Below, in pieces: positions 54,808 through 64,000 of a stretch of DNA of 64,000 nt. Position 1 is the stretch's first letter, and each line of letters opens with the position of its first letter. A program made the translations under genes and the position numbers. Under the pieces are notes generated by a model. It worked only from the letters and a program-made list of their open reading frames with translations. It made no database searches and was not told where the DNA came from. Source of the DNA: Clostridiales bacterium (GTDB taxonomy: Bacteria; Bacillota; Clostridia; Christensenellales; JAISNN01); assembly GCA_031289755.1 (NCBI GenBank), contig JAITOU010000045.1:6411-70410 (forward strand), in the 5' to 3' direction.

Positions 54808-56244
54808 TTAGGACAAGTCTATGACTATCTTAGACCCTTTTCTGTTCTTCAATATTTCAGATTCTTCGATATTAAGCTCGCGTGCAAGTATCTCTATGAC
54901 CTTAGGAGTACAAAAGCCGCCCTGACATCTTCCCATTCCGGCTCTGACGCGGCGTTTGACCGCGTCTACCGTCGTAGCCGTTAAGGGCGAATGGATAGCC
55001 TTGATTATCTCGCCTTCGCTGACCGTTTCGCAGCGGCATACGATGTGTCCGTAGCGTGGATTTTGTCTTATCCTTTCGTTGATTTTCTCTACGGAATCCT
55101 GCCGCCTTACCGCGGCTATTCCGCTCGCTTCTTCTTCCTTGTAATTTACATATTTTTTGCGTGAGCCGAGTGCGGTGATTTCGGACGCAAGCTCTCCGAC
55201 GTATTCGGCGATGGCGGGAGCCGCCGTCAGACCCGGCGAACATATTCCGGCTATCGTTATATAGTTTTCGGCTTTTTTGGATTTTTCTATGATAAAATCC
55301 AAGCCGGCTACGGTGCGTACTCCGGCAAAGGTCTTTATCACGCTCGCAAAATTTGCTTTCTCATATATGCGCCCTACCGAATCCCTTATATTTTTAAGTC
55401 CTTCCGCCGTGACCGCATAATCGTCCGGCACTGTGACCGGCGTCGAGGTCGGACCGTACAAGACGTTTCCTTCCGCCGTAGGCGCGACGAGTATTCCCTT
55501 GCCCCTGCTATCGGGAAGCGGAAACAAAACGGTGTTGATATTTTTGCTTTCGCGTTTGTCGAGCAAAAAATATTCGCCGAGTGCATAGTCCTGCCGTATT
55601 TCTTCGGCGTTTGCCGCTTGATTGATTTTGCAGGCGGCATAGCCTGCCGCGTTTATAAGGCTTTTTGCAAAAAAGACTCTTCCGTCCGCAGCCGTCACCG
55701 TATATACGCCCGAATCGCGTGATATGCGGTCTGCTTCGGCATTCAAAAAGATGTCCGCGCCGTTGATGACCGCGTTGTCGGCATAAGCTATGACGAGCTT
55801 GTAAGGCGTCACCACTCCGGCATCGGGCGCATAGAGCGCGTATTCGGCGTCGCGTGAGACGTTCGGTTCGCGCTCCGCAATCTGATTTCGGCTCAAAATC
55901 TCCGTGTAAACGCCGTTGATTTTTCCGCGTTCGTGCAAGGCCTGTATGTCGGCGAGCGAATCGGCTCCGCCTATGACCATAGACCCCGTTTTTTTGTACA
56001 GCACACCAAGCTCCGCGCAAAGCTCGGGAAAAATCCGGCTGCCGCGCACATTGAAGCGCGCTTTAAAAGTACCCGGCTTACAATCGTAGCCGGCGTGTAC
56101 AATGCCGCTGTTGCGTGAGCTGCACGCCGTGCCGACGTCGTTTTCTTTTTCGAGCAGCGCGCATGAAACATCGTAATGCGATAATTCATAAAGTACGGCA
56201 GTGCCTATGACACCGCCGCCTATAACCAAGAAGTCGTATATCAT
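54808..56244 (-). CDS. FAD-dependent oxidoreductase, glycerol-3-phosphate dehydrogenase (GlpA/GlpD)-like with a BFD-like [2Fe-2S] domain
   Basis: DFLVIGGGVIGTAV FAD fold. C-terminal CRCETVSEGEI...GRCQGGFC. Confidence 0.8.
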   Translation of the reverse strand: MIYDFLVIGGGVIGTAVLYELSHYDVSCALLEKENDVGTACSSRNSGIVHAGYDCKPGTFKARFNVRGSRIFPELCAELGVLYKKTGSMVIGGADSLADIQALHERGKINGVYTEILSRNQIAEREPNVSRDAEYALYAPDAGVVTPYKLVIAYADNAVINGADIFLNAEADRISRDSGVYTVTAADGRVFFAKSLINAAGYAACKINQAANAEEIRQDYALGEYFLLDKRESKNINTVLFPLPDSRGKGILVAPTAEGNVLYGPTSTPVTVPDDYAVTAEGLKNIRDSVGRIYEKANFASVIKTFAGVRTVAGLDFIIEKSKKAENYITIAGICSPGLTAAPAIAEYVGELASEITALGSRKKYVNYKEEEASGIAAVRRQDSVEKINERIRQNPRYGHIVCRCETVSEGEIIKAIHSPLTATTVDAVKRRVRAGMGRCQGGFCTPKVIEILARELNIEESEILKNRKGSKIVIDLS

Positions 56245-56245
56245 T

Positions 56246-59200
56246 TTATAATTCGTTCTGTCCGTTCAAAAAACTGAGTTTAAATGTAAAGGAGTGTTCT
56301 TTAAAATGCAATAATTTATAAGGCTTTTTTAGCATTGCCATAGCCGGAACGTCGCCGCCGACGCCGCGCTGTCCGCCGTCGATATAGACGTGCAGCTCCG
56401 GCAATCTCGTCAATTCGTTAGCGTGCTTGGCGTTTTCGAGCATTTCAAGCGAATAAGGATGAACGGACGTCCCGAAGGCTTTTCCGCCGCAAGCGTCGGC
56501 TCTTATCAAGAAGCCGCCTTTCTTTGCCGCGCCGCCGATTTCGAGCCACCTGACGTCGGTATGGTTTCCGTTTTCCTGCGGATGAAGATAATCGTGTATA
56601 AAATCTTCGGCTTCGCCCTTGTATACGCCCAAAAGCGCGGAGGACTTCCTGTCGACGTAGTTTTCGTGCGGACCTCTGCCGTAAAACCTCACTCCGTCTA
56701 TGCCTTCCGCCGCCGCAAAATGAAAGCCGTATCTTATAAGGTTGATAAAGGACTTGACATTCATGCTTATCTCTATGCTTCCGTCGCCCGATATTTTGTA
56801 GCGCGTTTTTAGATAAATAAGATTTGGCATAGCCCAATCTATATCTATGACTGCCGCGCCGCTCTCGCTTGACACGGCGATATTTTTTGGCTTTAAGACC
56901 TTCATAGCCCTTTTGTAGCGGTCAAAGCCCAAAAGCTTAGAAAGTATCGGCACTTGCAAAATAGAATCGTTGTCTATCGGAGCTCTCCAAAAATTAGGCT
57001 TGAAGGGTGCGGATAAAAGCTCTTTGCCGTCCTTTGTGTATGAGACGACGGCTCCGCTCGCTTTCTCCAACGAAAGTGAAAAAGCCTTGCTTCCGACAAA
57101 CAAATAACCGTCCGTGTCAAGCAAATCCGCCGAATAGCCCAAGCCGTCCGAAGAACGCGGCGTGGCAAACAGGCTTTCCCTTAAAATAAACTGACCGTAA
57201 GCCGCGACGTGTCCTTTCGGCGCGTACGCGCTCTTTTCCTTTGTCAATATCTCGACGTTCAAATACGTTTCTTTTTTGAAAAGCTCCGTATCAAAAGGCA
57301 CTTGTACCTTGATTTCTTCTCCGGGTAACGCGTGCGGTAAGCTTATAGATACCGTTTCGTCCAAAACACCTTCGGTGTATCTTGACAGACGCAGCGAAAA
57401 CTTATTCAAGTCGGTAAAGAGAAAATTGTTTTTGAGAAAGACGTAACCGCCGCCGTAGGATATTCTCACTCTCGCATATTGAGCCTTGACCTCGTACAGC
57501 GCGGGATTCGGCGAACGGTCGGCTCTGACTATTCCGTTAAAAGCAAAAATCCCGTCGTTAGGCTTGTCAAAAAAGTCGCCGCCGTAGCAATATTCTTTAT
57601 TGCCAAGACGGTCCGTCCGCGCTATCGCTTGGTCGGCAAAATCCCAGATAAAGCCGCCCGCAAGCCTGTCGTATTTTTCAAATTCTCTCTGATAATCGGC
57701 AAAATTGCCGAGACTGTTGCCCATGGCGTGAGCGTATTCGCATTGTATAAAGGGCTTGTCGCGGTATTTTTTTGCGGTAAAGAAATAGCCCAGCATAAGA
57801 TTCCATAGCGCACGGCTGTGAGTTATAGGCTTGTTCTCGCCGATTTTCGGCATCTTGGCGAGCGGCGCGTACATCTCGGACAAAACGTCCGAAACCTCCA
57901 TCGTATTGTCCGGCTCATAATGTATCGGACGTGTCGAGTCGATTTTTAAAATCGTTTCCTTCATGCGCTTAAAGACGCTGCCGACACCCGACTCGTTGCC
58001 GAGCGACCAAAATATCACGCAAGCGTGATTTTTGAAGCTGTTGACCATATTTGATGCGCGGTAAGCGCAATGCTTGTACCACAGGTCGCTGTTATGCGGA
58101 ATAAGGCTTGCAAGACCGTGCGTTTCGAGATTGCATTCGCTCATTACAAGTATTCCGTATTCGTCGCAAAGCTCGTAGAAGTGACGGGCATTAGGATAGT
58201 GAGCCGTCCTTATCGCCGTGACGTTATTGGCAAGCAAAAGCTTGATATCGCTTTCGGTTATGTCCTTGGGTACGCTGTGACCGTATTCAGGATGAAATTC
58301 GTGTCTGTTGACGCCGCATATTTTGAGCGGCTTGCCGTTAAGCAAGATATACGGACCTTTGCCGTTTTTTAACGGCGCGATTTCTATGCTTCTAAATCCG
58401 TATTTTTGCTTCCTGATGTCCTTTATCGAACCGTTCTCGGATAGAGTAAAGGTTATATCGTAGAGATAAGGGCTTTCATGACTCCAAAGCTCTATGCCGT
58501 CGAGCATTATTCCCGAATCCGCTAAGGTCAGCGTCTGTCCGTCGGCTATACCGCTTGCGGAATAAGTTTTTTTGTAGAGCGGCGTTCCGTCCGCTCCCGT
58601 TATCGATACGTCTAATGCTCCGCCGCCGTAATTTTCTCTCAACGCTCTTATCTCTGCGTCAAATTTTAAAACGGCAGACTTGTAATTGTTTGTCAGCGTG
58701 CTTCTGACATATACGTCCTTTATCTCGGTCTTTGGCTTGTAAACAAGCTTGACGCTGCGAAAGATACCGGCGAGCCGCCACATATCCTGGTCTTCGAGAT
58801 AGCTTGCCGCAGTAAACTGATAGACACGGACAGCAAGCCGATTTTTGCCGGAAACGACGTATTTTGTTATATCAAATTCCGTTTCGGAAAAGGTGTCAGC
58901 CGAAAACCCTACAAATTCTCCGTTGACATAAATCTCCCCCGCACTGTTGATACCGCCAAAATTGATAAAGATATTTTGTTTGCCGTCCGCCTGCGCGTCA
59001 AAGTCTTTGACGTACAAGCCGACGGGATTTTTTTCGCCGTAGACAAAGGGTATTTTAAATTTTTTCTTGGACTCCAAAGCGTAAGGATATCTTGTGTTTG
59101 TGTATATAGGTGTGCCGAAGCCCTTTATCTGCCATTCGGACGGGACGTCGGTTTCGACGAAATTTTTTAAGGAATTATCCTTTTTGTAAAAGTTTTTGGG

Positions 59201-59353
59201 AGCGTCGCAGACGCTTTGACAATACATAAATTTCCACTTGCCGTCAAGCGCGACAACGCCGCTGCCCGAAGCCGCATACGCAGGATATCCCGCGCCGCTT
59301 CTTTTTTCGGTATTTATATCGAAGACCTCGATATCATTCCAAACCGGTTTCAT
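56246..59353 (-). CDS. lacZ: Beta-galactosidase (GH2, LacZ type)
   Basis: 1035 aa. WSLGNESG (acid/base Glu) and CEYAHAMGNS (nucleophile Glu). SD AAGGAG. Confidence 0.93.
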   Translation of the reverse strand: MKPVWNDIEVFDINTEKRSGAGYPAYAASGSGVVALDGKWKFMYCQSVCDAPKNFYKKDNSLKNFVETDVPSEWQIKGFGTPIYTNTRYPYALESKKKFKIPFVYGEKNPVGLYVKDFDAQADGKQNIFINFGGINSAGEIYVNGEFVGFSADTFSETEFDITKYVVSGKNRLAVRVYQFTAASYLEDQDMWRLAGIFRSVKLVYKPKTEIKDVYVRSTLTNNYKSAVLKFDAEIRALRENYGGGALDVSITGADGTPLYKKTYSASGIADGQTLTLADSGIMLDGIELWSHESPYLYDITFTLSENGSIKDIRKQKYGFRSIEIAPLKNGKGPYILLNGKPLKICGVNRHEFHPEYGHSVPKDITESDIKLLLANNVTAIRTAHYPNARHFYELCDEYGILVMSECNLETHGLASLIPHNSDLWYKHCAYRASNMVNSFKNHACVIFWSLGNESGVGSVFKRMKETILKIDSTRPIHYEPDNTMEVSDVLSEMYAPLAKMPKIGENKPITHSRALWNLMLGYFFTAKKYRDKPFIQCEYAHAMGNSLGNFADYQREFEKYDRLAGGFIWDFADQAIARTDRLGNKEYCYGGDFFDKPNDGIFAFNGIVRADRSPNPALYEVKAQYARVRISYGGGYVFLKNNFLFTDLNKFSLRLSRYTEGVLDETVSISLPHALPGEEIKVQVPFDTELFKKETYLNVEILTKEKSAYAPKGHVAAYGQFILRESLFATPRSSDGLGYSADLLDTDGYLFVGSKAFSLSLEKASGAVVSYTKDGKELLSAPFKPNFWRAPIDNDSILQVPILSKLLGFDRYKRAMKVLKPKNIAVSSESGAAVIDIDWAMPNLIYLKTRYKISGDGSIEISMNVKSFINLIRYGFHFAAAEGIDGVRFYGRGPHENYVDRKSSALLGVYKGEAEDFIHDYLHPQENGNHTDVRWLEIGGAAKKGGFLIRADACGGKAFGTSVHPYSLEMLENAKHANELTRLPELHVYIDGGQRGVGGDVPAMAMLKKPYKLLHFKEHSFTFKLSFLNGQNEL

Positions 59354-59416
59354 CTTTTATTCTCCTTATCCTTGCTTGCCGCTCAAAAAACAATCGGCTG
59401 ATTTGACTTGTATATT

Positions 59417-59446
59417 ATTATATCATACATTCAGGTAAGATTTCAA
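59417..59446 (-). promoter_or_regulatory. Sigma-A-type promoter candidate for the lacZ operon
   Basis: Minus sense TTGAAA (59446-59441), 18-nt spacer, TATAAT (59422-59417). Confidence 0.5.
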
Positions 59447-59483
59447 TGATTTTTTTACGGTTTTAAGCAACTGATTAACTTAC

Positions 59484-59520
59484 ACAAAAAAACGCCGTCG
59501 GTTTGATGCGGCGACGTTTG
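59484..59520 (-). terminator. Rho-independent terminator after the 59540..60919 gene
   Basis: Minus sense AACGTCGCCG, 8-nt loop, CGACGGCGTT (one mismatch, one G-U), followed by T7. Confidence 0.6.
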
Positions 59521-59539
59521 GTTTATTAGTGACTAAATC

Positions 59540-60919
59540 TTACGGTATTTTTGCAAAGGCGGCGCGGACGGCTTCGTATGCCGGTTTCGGGACTTGATTT
59601 TTGTCGACTAAGCCCCAACGTGTTTCTATCGGGCAATCATCGAAGCCGCAGATATAGCAGCGTTCCGAATCGCTCCAACAATATACAAATTCACCGATGA
59701 CATACGGATTTGAAGCCAAACGCGGTATCATATATGAATAAAAATCGGCTTGTCCTTGCGGCGTATGCGGATAATCTTTTAACACGATATTGGCGGGTAA
59801 TTCACGGTACAAATGTCCGCTCATCATATCGCTGAATATATATCCGGCAGGGTCCGAGCCGCCGCTTTTTTTGATATTATTTTGAAAATTTGAAGGTAAT
59901 TTCTTTACAAACTCATCTATATCGGCTCTTGCTTCCGCTTCCGAATTGTAACCGTATTCTCTCAGAACGTCCAAGCGTTCTTCATCGGTTTTCGGCATTC
60001 CGCCGCTGATATATCCAAATTCGCACATGATTACAGGCAAGCCCGTCAAGCTCCACAAAAACGCCGGAATAAGGTCAAAGATTGCTATACTGTTCATAAT
60101 CGACAGTCCGCCGTCAAAGCAGCCTGCATAAATATCAACGCCGATATAATCGCAGTATTTGTGATAGGCTTTCATCGCGCTGTGGTGGTCGGCTTGCGGA
60201 CCTGCGGAATTGTATCCGACTATGACATCGCCCTTAAACGGCGCAATCGCCTCTAATTGGATACCCATAAATCTCACAGCCTGTGCCGAAGTCGTCAACG
60301 GATACATAAACCTGTCCACACCTAATTCGTTGGTGATTTGCAAGCCACTGATGATTCCCGACAAATCCTTTATCAAAAATTCGGCTACCGCCTTGATTTT
60401 GACTTCGTTCTCGACCAAGCGTGGGTCGATTCCGTAATCCAAAAAGTCTTCGGGGTAAGGCGTAACGGCAAAAATACTTATTCCGTTATCGACAAATGCC
60501 TGCATTCTAACTTTCCAATCGGTATAACTCTGTCTGACGTTGCCGTCTATATCAAAAGGATAAGGTATATCGGCTCTGTCCCATTCTATCCCCGCGCCTT
60601 TTATCAAGCCGTAATCGTCGCTCGGATGACAAATACCCTTGATAAAACCGTCCGTCTTAGCTAACGCGGCGGTTACCGACGCATTTGTCTTTGCCTTAAA
60701 CGGATATGTGATAAGCGCGCCGGGTACATATCTGAGCGTAGGCCAAACCTGCGACTGAACCATCGGGTCAAGTGTGTTTACAAAACTGACCAAAACGATT
60801 GCTCCGCCCCCAAAGAGCGTTGTGATTATCAATAAGGTTATCAACAACGATTTCAAAACCCGATGCTTCTTTTTTGTTTTGACTTTTTCTTCTTTTTTGT
60901 CCTTCGCCATAAAACTCAA
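59540..60919 (-). CDS. Membrane-anchored glycoside-hydrolase-like TIM-barrel protein (clan GH-A-like)
   Basis: 459 aa. N-terminal Lys-rich segment plus one TM helix. Candidate acid/base ITNELG and nucleophile CEFGY. C-terminal WGLVDKNQVPKPAYEAV, typical of GH-A enzymes. Confidence 0.55.
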   Translation of the reverse strand: MSFMAKDKKEEKVKTKKKHRVLKSLLITLLIITTLFGGGAIVLVSFVNTLDPMVQSQVWPTLRYVPGALITYPFKAKTNASVTAALAKTDGFIKGICHPSDDYGLIKGAGIEWDRADIPYPFDIDGNVRQSYTDWKVRMQAFVDNGISIFAVTPYPEDFLDYGIDPRLVENEVKIKAVAEFLIKDLSGIISGLQITNELGVDRFMYPLTTSAQAVRFMGIQLEAIAPFKGDVIVGYNSAGPQADHHSAMKAYHKYCDYIGVDIYAGCFDGGLSIMNSIAIFDLIPAFLWSLTGLPVIMCEFGYISGGMPKTDEERLDVLREYGYNSEAEARADIDEFVKKLPSNFQNNIKKSGGSDPAGYIFSDMMSGHLYRELPANIVLKDYPHTPQGQADFYSYMIPRLASNPYVIGEFVYCWSDSERCYICGFDDCPIETRWGLVDKNQVPKPAYEAVRAAFAKIP

Positions 60920-61035
60920 TCCTCAACTGATTTATTATTCGGGTTCGGCTTTCGCCCCCTTATATAATTATAATAAATTTATGCTGCGGAAGTCAATAGA
61001 TACGGTAAAATTGATAGCTAAAACTTTTATTTTTC

Positions 61036-61070
61036 AAAAAAACGCCGTCGTTTTTTTTCGACGGCGTTTA
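61036..61070 (-). terminator. Rho-independent terminator after the large surface-protein gene
   Basis: Minus sense AAACGCCGTCG, A8 loop, CGACGGCGTTT, followed by TTTTTGAAAAA. Confidence 0.7.
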
Positions 61071-61107
61071 ATTGTGTGTTTTATAGCAAAATTTTCAATG
61101 TGTTTTA

Positions 61108-64000
61108 TTATTCGCTAAATAAATCTGAATATTGTTCTATTAATGCGCTGATTTCTGCCCAAGTTATTAAGCCTTTACCTATTGCAACTTTTAAGTATTG
61201 TCCGTTAAAGGCTGCAAATATCTCTTCCGAAACCGGTATGATATCTACAAATTCCGCATAAGTAAACAATCCATATTCAAGAATATCCGCTGCAAAAGCA
61301 TCTTGGTCATATTGCATTATATCCCCGTCCACATCGAATATATTAGTTAATATTTCAGTTTGTGCCGGTACTGAAAGAATGCCGTTTACATAAAAGCTTA
61401 AATGTCCGTAGGTAACGGGACTCCACGCGGTTGTGTACTCCGTTTCAATTACAACATTTACAAGCTGTACCTGCGTCCACGTTAAATCGCCGTTCAAATC
61501 GGTTGTTTGCTTGCTAAACCAATGTCCGATGTACTGCGCGGCGTCTTCGTCAATGTAAACATAGCGATTAAGGTCAAAATCCCAAAAACCGTGTTCCCAA
61601 ATAACCTTTACGTCCGTGCCGTCGGAGAAGTACAAATGAATAATCTCGTATGTATCTATTTCGGTCGCGTGTATAAAAACTATCGGCGCGGCGTCAAATG
61701 TTCCCGTGAAAAAATTCCAAACAAGCAACATTTCATTACCGGTTAATTCTTCAACGGCTACTTGACTGCCGTCGGCAAGGGTTATGAGCGTTCCCGTTGC
61801 GACACAAGAAGATGTCTTCTCCGAATAAACCGCAGTTATAGTTATGTTTGCCATCTCGGTTGTGACTAAGCGTGAGAGCGTTATCGGATTAGTCGTAGTT
61901 TGATAGTAAATACCGTTCGATGTATATGACCAATATTGGAATCTGGAATTATTTGATGAAAATGTTATTGCTTGTTCATATAAAACATATGTCAAAGTAG
62001 GCGCGTTAACGACGTCCGATGCTGCAACCATTTCGGTATAAGAATATGCGATTTGCGCCCACTGTGCATAAAGCGTTACCGTTGCACCTTGATTAGAAGC
62101 AAGATTGATTACATTATTTTCATTGACAAAGGTTAAATTGTTTGTGTATGTAAGCCCAATCCCATTAATGGTATAATAATAAGCATACTCGCTTTTTGAA
62201 TAATAAGTGCCGCTTCCGTTGGCATTAGTATTCCAGCCGATAAATCTATAACCGGTTAAAGAATAGCCGTTTGCAGTTAAGGCTTGCGCGACGCCGTAAG
62301 TATGCGACGAATTTGATGTAGAACCGGTAATTGACTCGCTTGCTCCGCCCGGCTTATTGTTGTTGTAAACAACGTTATATGTATTAACCGTCCATTTGGC
62401 ATAAAGAGTCGTTGACTCGGGTATATTCCAACTTCTCGCACTGTTCATGCTTGCGGTATAGTATTGCGTACCCGTTCCGTTGGTACCCGTATAATACCCC
62501 CCGAAAGTATATCCTGTGCGTGTCGGCGCGGTTGCCGTCGGCATTGCGATATCATATATCACAAGCACGCTACTTGTTCCGCCTGTTCCGCCTTGCTTAT
62601 TTAGCATAGCGACATAATCCCTTGTAGTCCACTTTGCATAAAGAATTGTCGTCCCGACTATATTCCAATTATTTGCGTTTTCCATGCTTGCCGTATAATA
62701 CTGAGTTCCAGTTCCGTTCGTTCCCGTATAATACCCTCCGAACATATATCCCGTGCGTATCGGCATAAATGCCGCAGGCATCGGAGAACCGTATGTCGCT
62801 TCAACATAGTTTGTCACGCTTTCTCCGCCTTGTGTATTTAAGATAACCGTATATTGATTAGCTTCCCAATATGCGTAAAGCGTTATCGCGTCTTCCGTAT
62901 CCCAATTATTCGCACTCGCCATTTCGGACGTATAATACTCATCGCCGACGCCGTCCGCTTCCGTAAAATATCCCTTAAAAGTATAACCCGTCCGCAAAGG
63001 CGCGGTTGCCGCCGGCATTGCCGAACCGTAAACGGGCTTAATACTGTCCGTTCCGCCTGTTCCGTCCTGCTTATCCAAGAGAATCGGTTGTTTATACGTC
63101 ACAACGGCGTTATTTGTATTGCTCCAAAGCATGTTCCAAGTCGCCGGTATTTCATCGTCATAAATGTCTATGTAGATATTCTTTGCGGCACTCCATCCCG
63201 AAAAAACATTCCTTCCCATTGTCGTAACGCTCGAAGGTATGTACAAAGACGGTAACTGCGTACAACCAACAAAAACCGAATCGCCTATGGCGGTAACGGT
63301 AGACGGCAATCTGTTGTTGTATACCGAACCCGTGAATCTGACCGATGTTAAGTATGCGCAATTTTGAAACATACCCGCCGGTATCGATGTCAGCGTATTT
63401 GGAAGATATACTTGTTGAAGCGTTGACATGAGAAAGACGCTGTTCGACGCAATTCCAGGACTTTGAATAAATGTCACGTCATCGCTGAACCAAAACGCTT
63501 GTATTTTTGAATTGGCAAAGCCCGCAGTCTTTACATTAATCGTATGAACCGAATTCGTCCCGACCGCTAATGAATGCAATGTGCAAAATCGAAAAGCGTT
63601 CGCTTCTATACTCAAAATCGGCAAATATCCTTCGTCCCCGTTATAATAATCAAGCTGAAACTCCGTCGTCGGGTCGTTAACCGGATTACCCGTCGTACCA
63701 AAACTCGTAAGCTGATAACCTATTGCCGTACCGTTCGATATACCGTTTTCCCATACCGTAGAACAAACCATCCCCGTGTGTTCGTATACGACTTCGCCGT
63801 CGCAAAATTCAAGCCAACTATCCCAATTAGCCGTCTGCGCTTCCGCTTGTGCCGTATATATCATAGGACTTGAAAACATAAACGCATACCCTTCAACGGT
63901 CGTTACCGTTTCGGGAAGTACAACCGTTTCCAATCCTTCACAAAACGCGAAAGCATATTCCTCTACTATCTCTACGTCGGTCAGATTGACGACCTTTAAT
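61108..64000 (-). CDS. Large surface protein (5' end outside the window): BspA-type leucine-rich repeats, 4 Listeria-Bacteroides (Flg_new) repeats, a C-terminal Hint/intein-like domain and an 86-aa acidic tail
   Basis: The frame stays open upstream of the track start (TTG 63933) to position 64000 (..LKVVNLTDVEIVEEYAFAFCEGLETVVLPETV). LRR_5-like segments (IPAGMFQNCAYLTSVRF, IGDSVFVGCTQLPSLYIP). Flg_new units (RTGYTFGGYYTGTNGTGTQYYT..LYAKW). Hint block CVATGTLITLADGSQVAVEEL at codon 61806-61804. Confidence 0.85.
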   Translation of the reverse strand, partial: LKVVNLTDVEIVEEYAFAFCEGLETVVLPETVTTVEGYAFMFSSPMIYTAQAEAQTANWDSWLEFCDGEVVYEHTGMVCSTVWENGISNGTAIGYQLTSFGTTGNPVNDPTTEFQLDYYNGDEGYLPILSIEANAFRFCTLHSLAVGTNSVHTINVKTAGFANSKIQAFWFSDDVTFIQSPGIASNSVFLMSTLQQVYLPNTLTSIPAGMFQNCAYLTSVRFTGSVYNNRLPSTVTAIGDSVFVGCTQLPSLYIPSSVTTMGRNVFSGWSAAKNIYIDIYDDEIPATWNMLWSNTNNAVVTYKQPILLDKQDGTGGTDSIKPVYGSAMPAATAPLRTGYTFKGYFTEADGVGDEYYTSEMASANNWDTEDAITLYAYWEANQYTVILNTQGGESVTNYVEATYGSPMPAAFMPIRTGYMFGGYYTGTNGTGTQYYTASMENANNWNIVGTTILYAKWTTRDYVAMLNKQGGTGGTSSVLVIYDIAMPTATAPTRTGYTFGGYYTGTNGTGTQYYTASMNSARSWNIPESTTLYAKWTVNTYNVVYNNNKPGGASESITGSTSNSSHTYGVAQALTANGYSLTGYRFIGWNTNANGSGTYYSKSEYAYYYTINGIGLTYTNNLTFVNENNVINLASNQGATVTLYAQWAQIAYSYTEMVAASDVVNAPTLTYVLYEQAITFSSNNSRFQYWSYTSNGIYYQTTTNPITLSRLVTTEMANITITAVYSEKTSSCVATGTLITLADGSQVAVEELTGNEMLLVWNFFTGTFDAAPIVFIHATEIDTYEIIHLYFSDGTDVKVIWEHGFWDFDLNRYVYIDEDAAQYIGHWFSKQTTDLNGDLTWTQVQLVNVVIETEYTTAWSPVTYGHLSFYVNGILSVPAQTEILTNIFDVDGDIMQYDQDAFAADILEYGLFTYAEFVDIIPVSEEIFAAFNGQYLKVAIGKGLITWAEISALIEQYSDLFSE

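Noticed and set aside
59484-61070. Shared AAAAAAACGCCGTCG sequence in two terminators flanking the GH-like gene, considered as possible element boundaries
   Set aside because: Both are ordinary GC-stem terminators in the same orientation relative to their genes. The similarity is short (15 nt), and no mobility genes or duplicated target sites are present.
61320-61345. DVDGD segment in the tail of the Hint protein as a possible dockerin/EF-hand
   Set aside because: Only one loop-like motif is present, it lacks the full 12-residue Ca-binding pattern, and there is no second duplicated segment as in dockerins.

Overview
This 64-kb window is a densely coded, mostly minus-strand chromosomal segment from what looks like an endospore-forming Firmicute (Clostridia-like). 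The sporulation markers are sigG plus candidate dacB, spoIIM, bofA and yhcN/ylaJ homologues. Most of it is core housekeeping. In coordinate order: dnaE, a Crh-like HPr, whiA, murB, hprK, topA, dprA, comM/yifB, truA, a U32 peptidase with an O-methyltransferase, ddl, murF, rimI, tsaB, prmA, the hrcA-grpE-dnaK-dnaJ operon with a textbook sigma-A promoter and CIRCE operator, asnB, lon, rsfS and a nadD-yqeK fusion. I recognised no rRNA, tRNA, CRISPR array, transposase or phage genes, and no clearly novel multi-gene system. The less ordinary content is: (1) a very large surface protein (BspA-type LRR plus Flg_new repeats) whose 5' end runs off the window and which ends in a Hint/intein-like module followed by an 86-aa acidic tail; (2) a 7-unit 32-bp tandem repeat array, bracketed by 28/29-bp direct repeats, inside an unusually long hrcA-grpE spacer; (3) a GH2 beta-galactosidase tightly packed (TAAAATG junction) against a GlpA-like/oxidoreductase/DUF1667 trio; (4) a MurF whose N-terminal domain is replaced by transmembrane helices; (5) low-complexity repeat extensions on DnaE (N-terminus) and RsfS (C-terminus); (6) a lipoprotein with a carbohydrate-binding-like domain fused to a GT-C-like polytopic membrane domain; (7) two candidate leaderless promoters, a 29-bp inverted-repeat pair and a decayed region at 650-1830. 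All functional calls come from reading motifs by eye. No database search was possible, so family assignments need HMM/BLAST confirmation.
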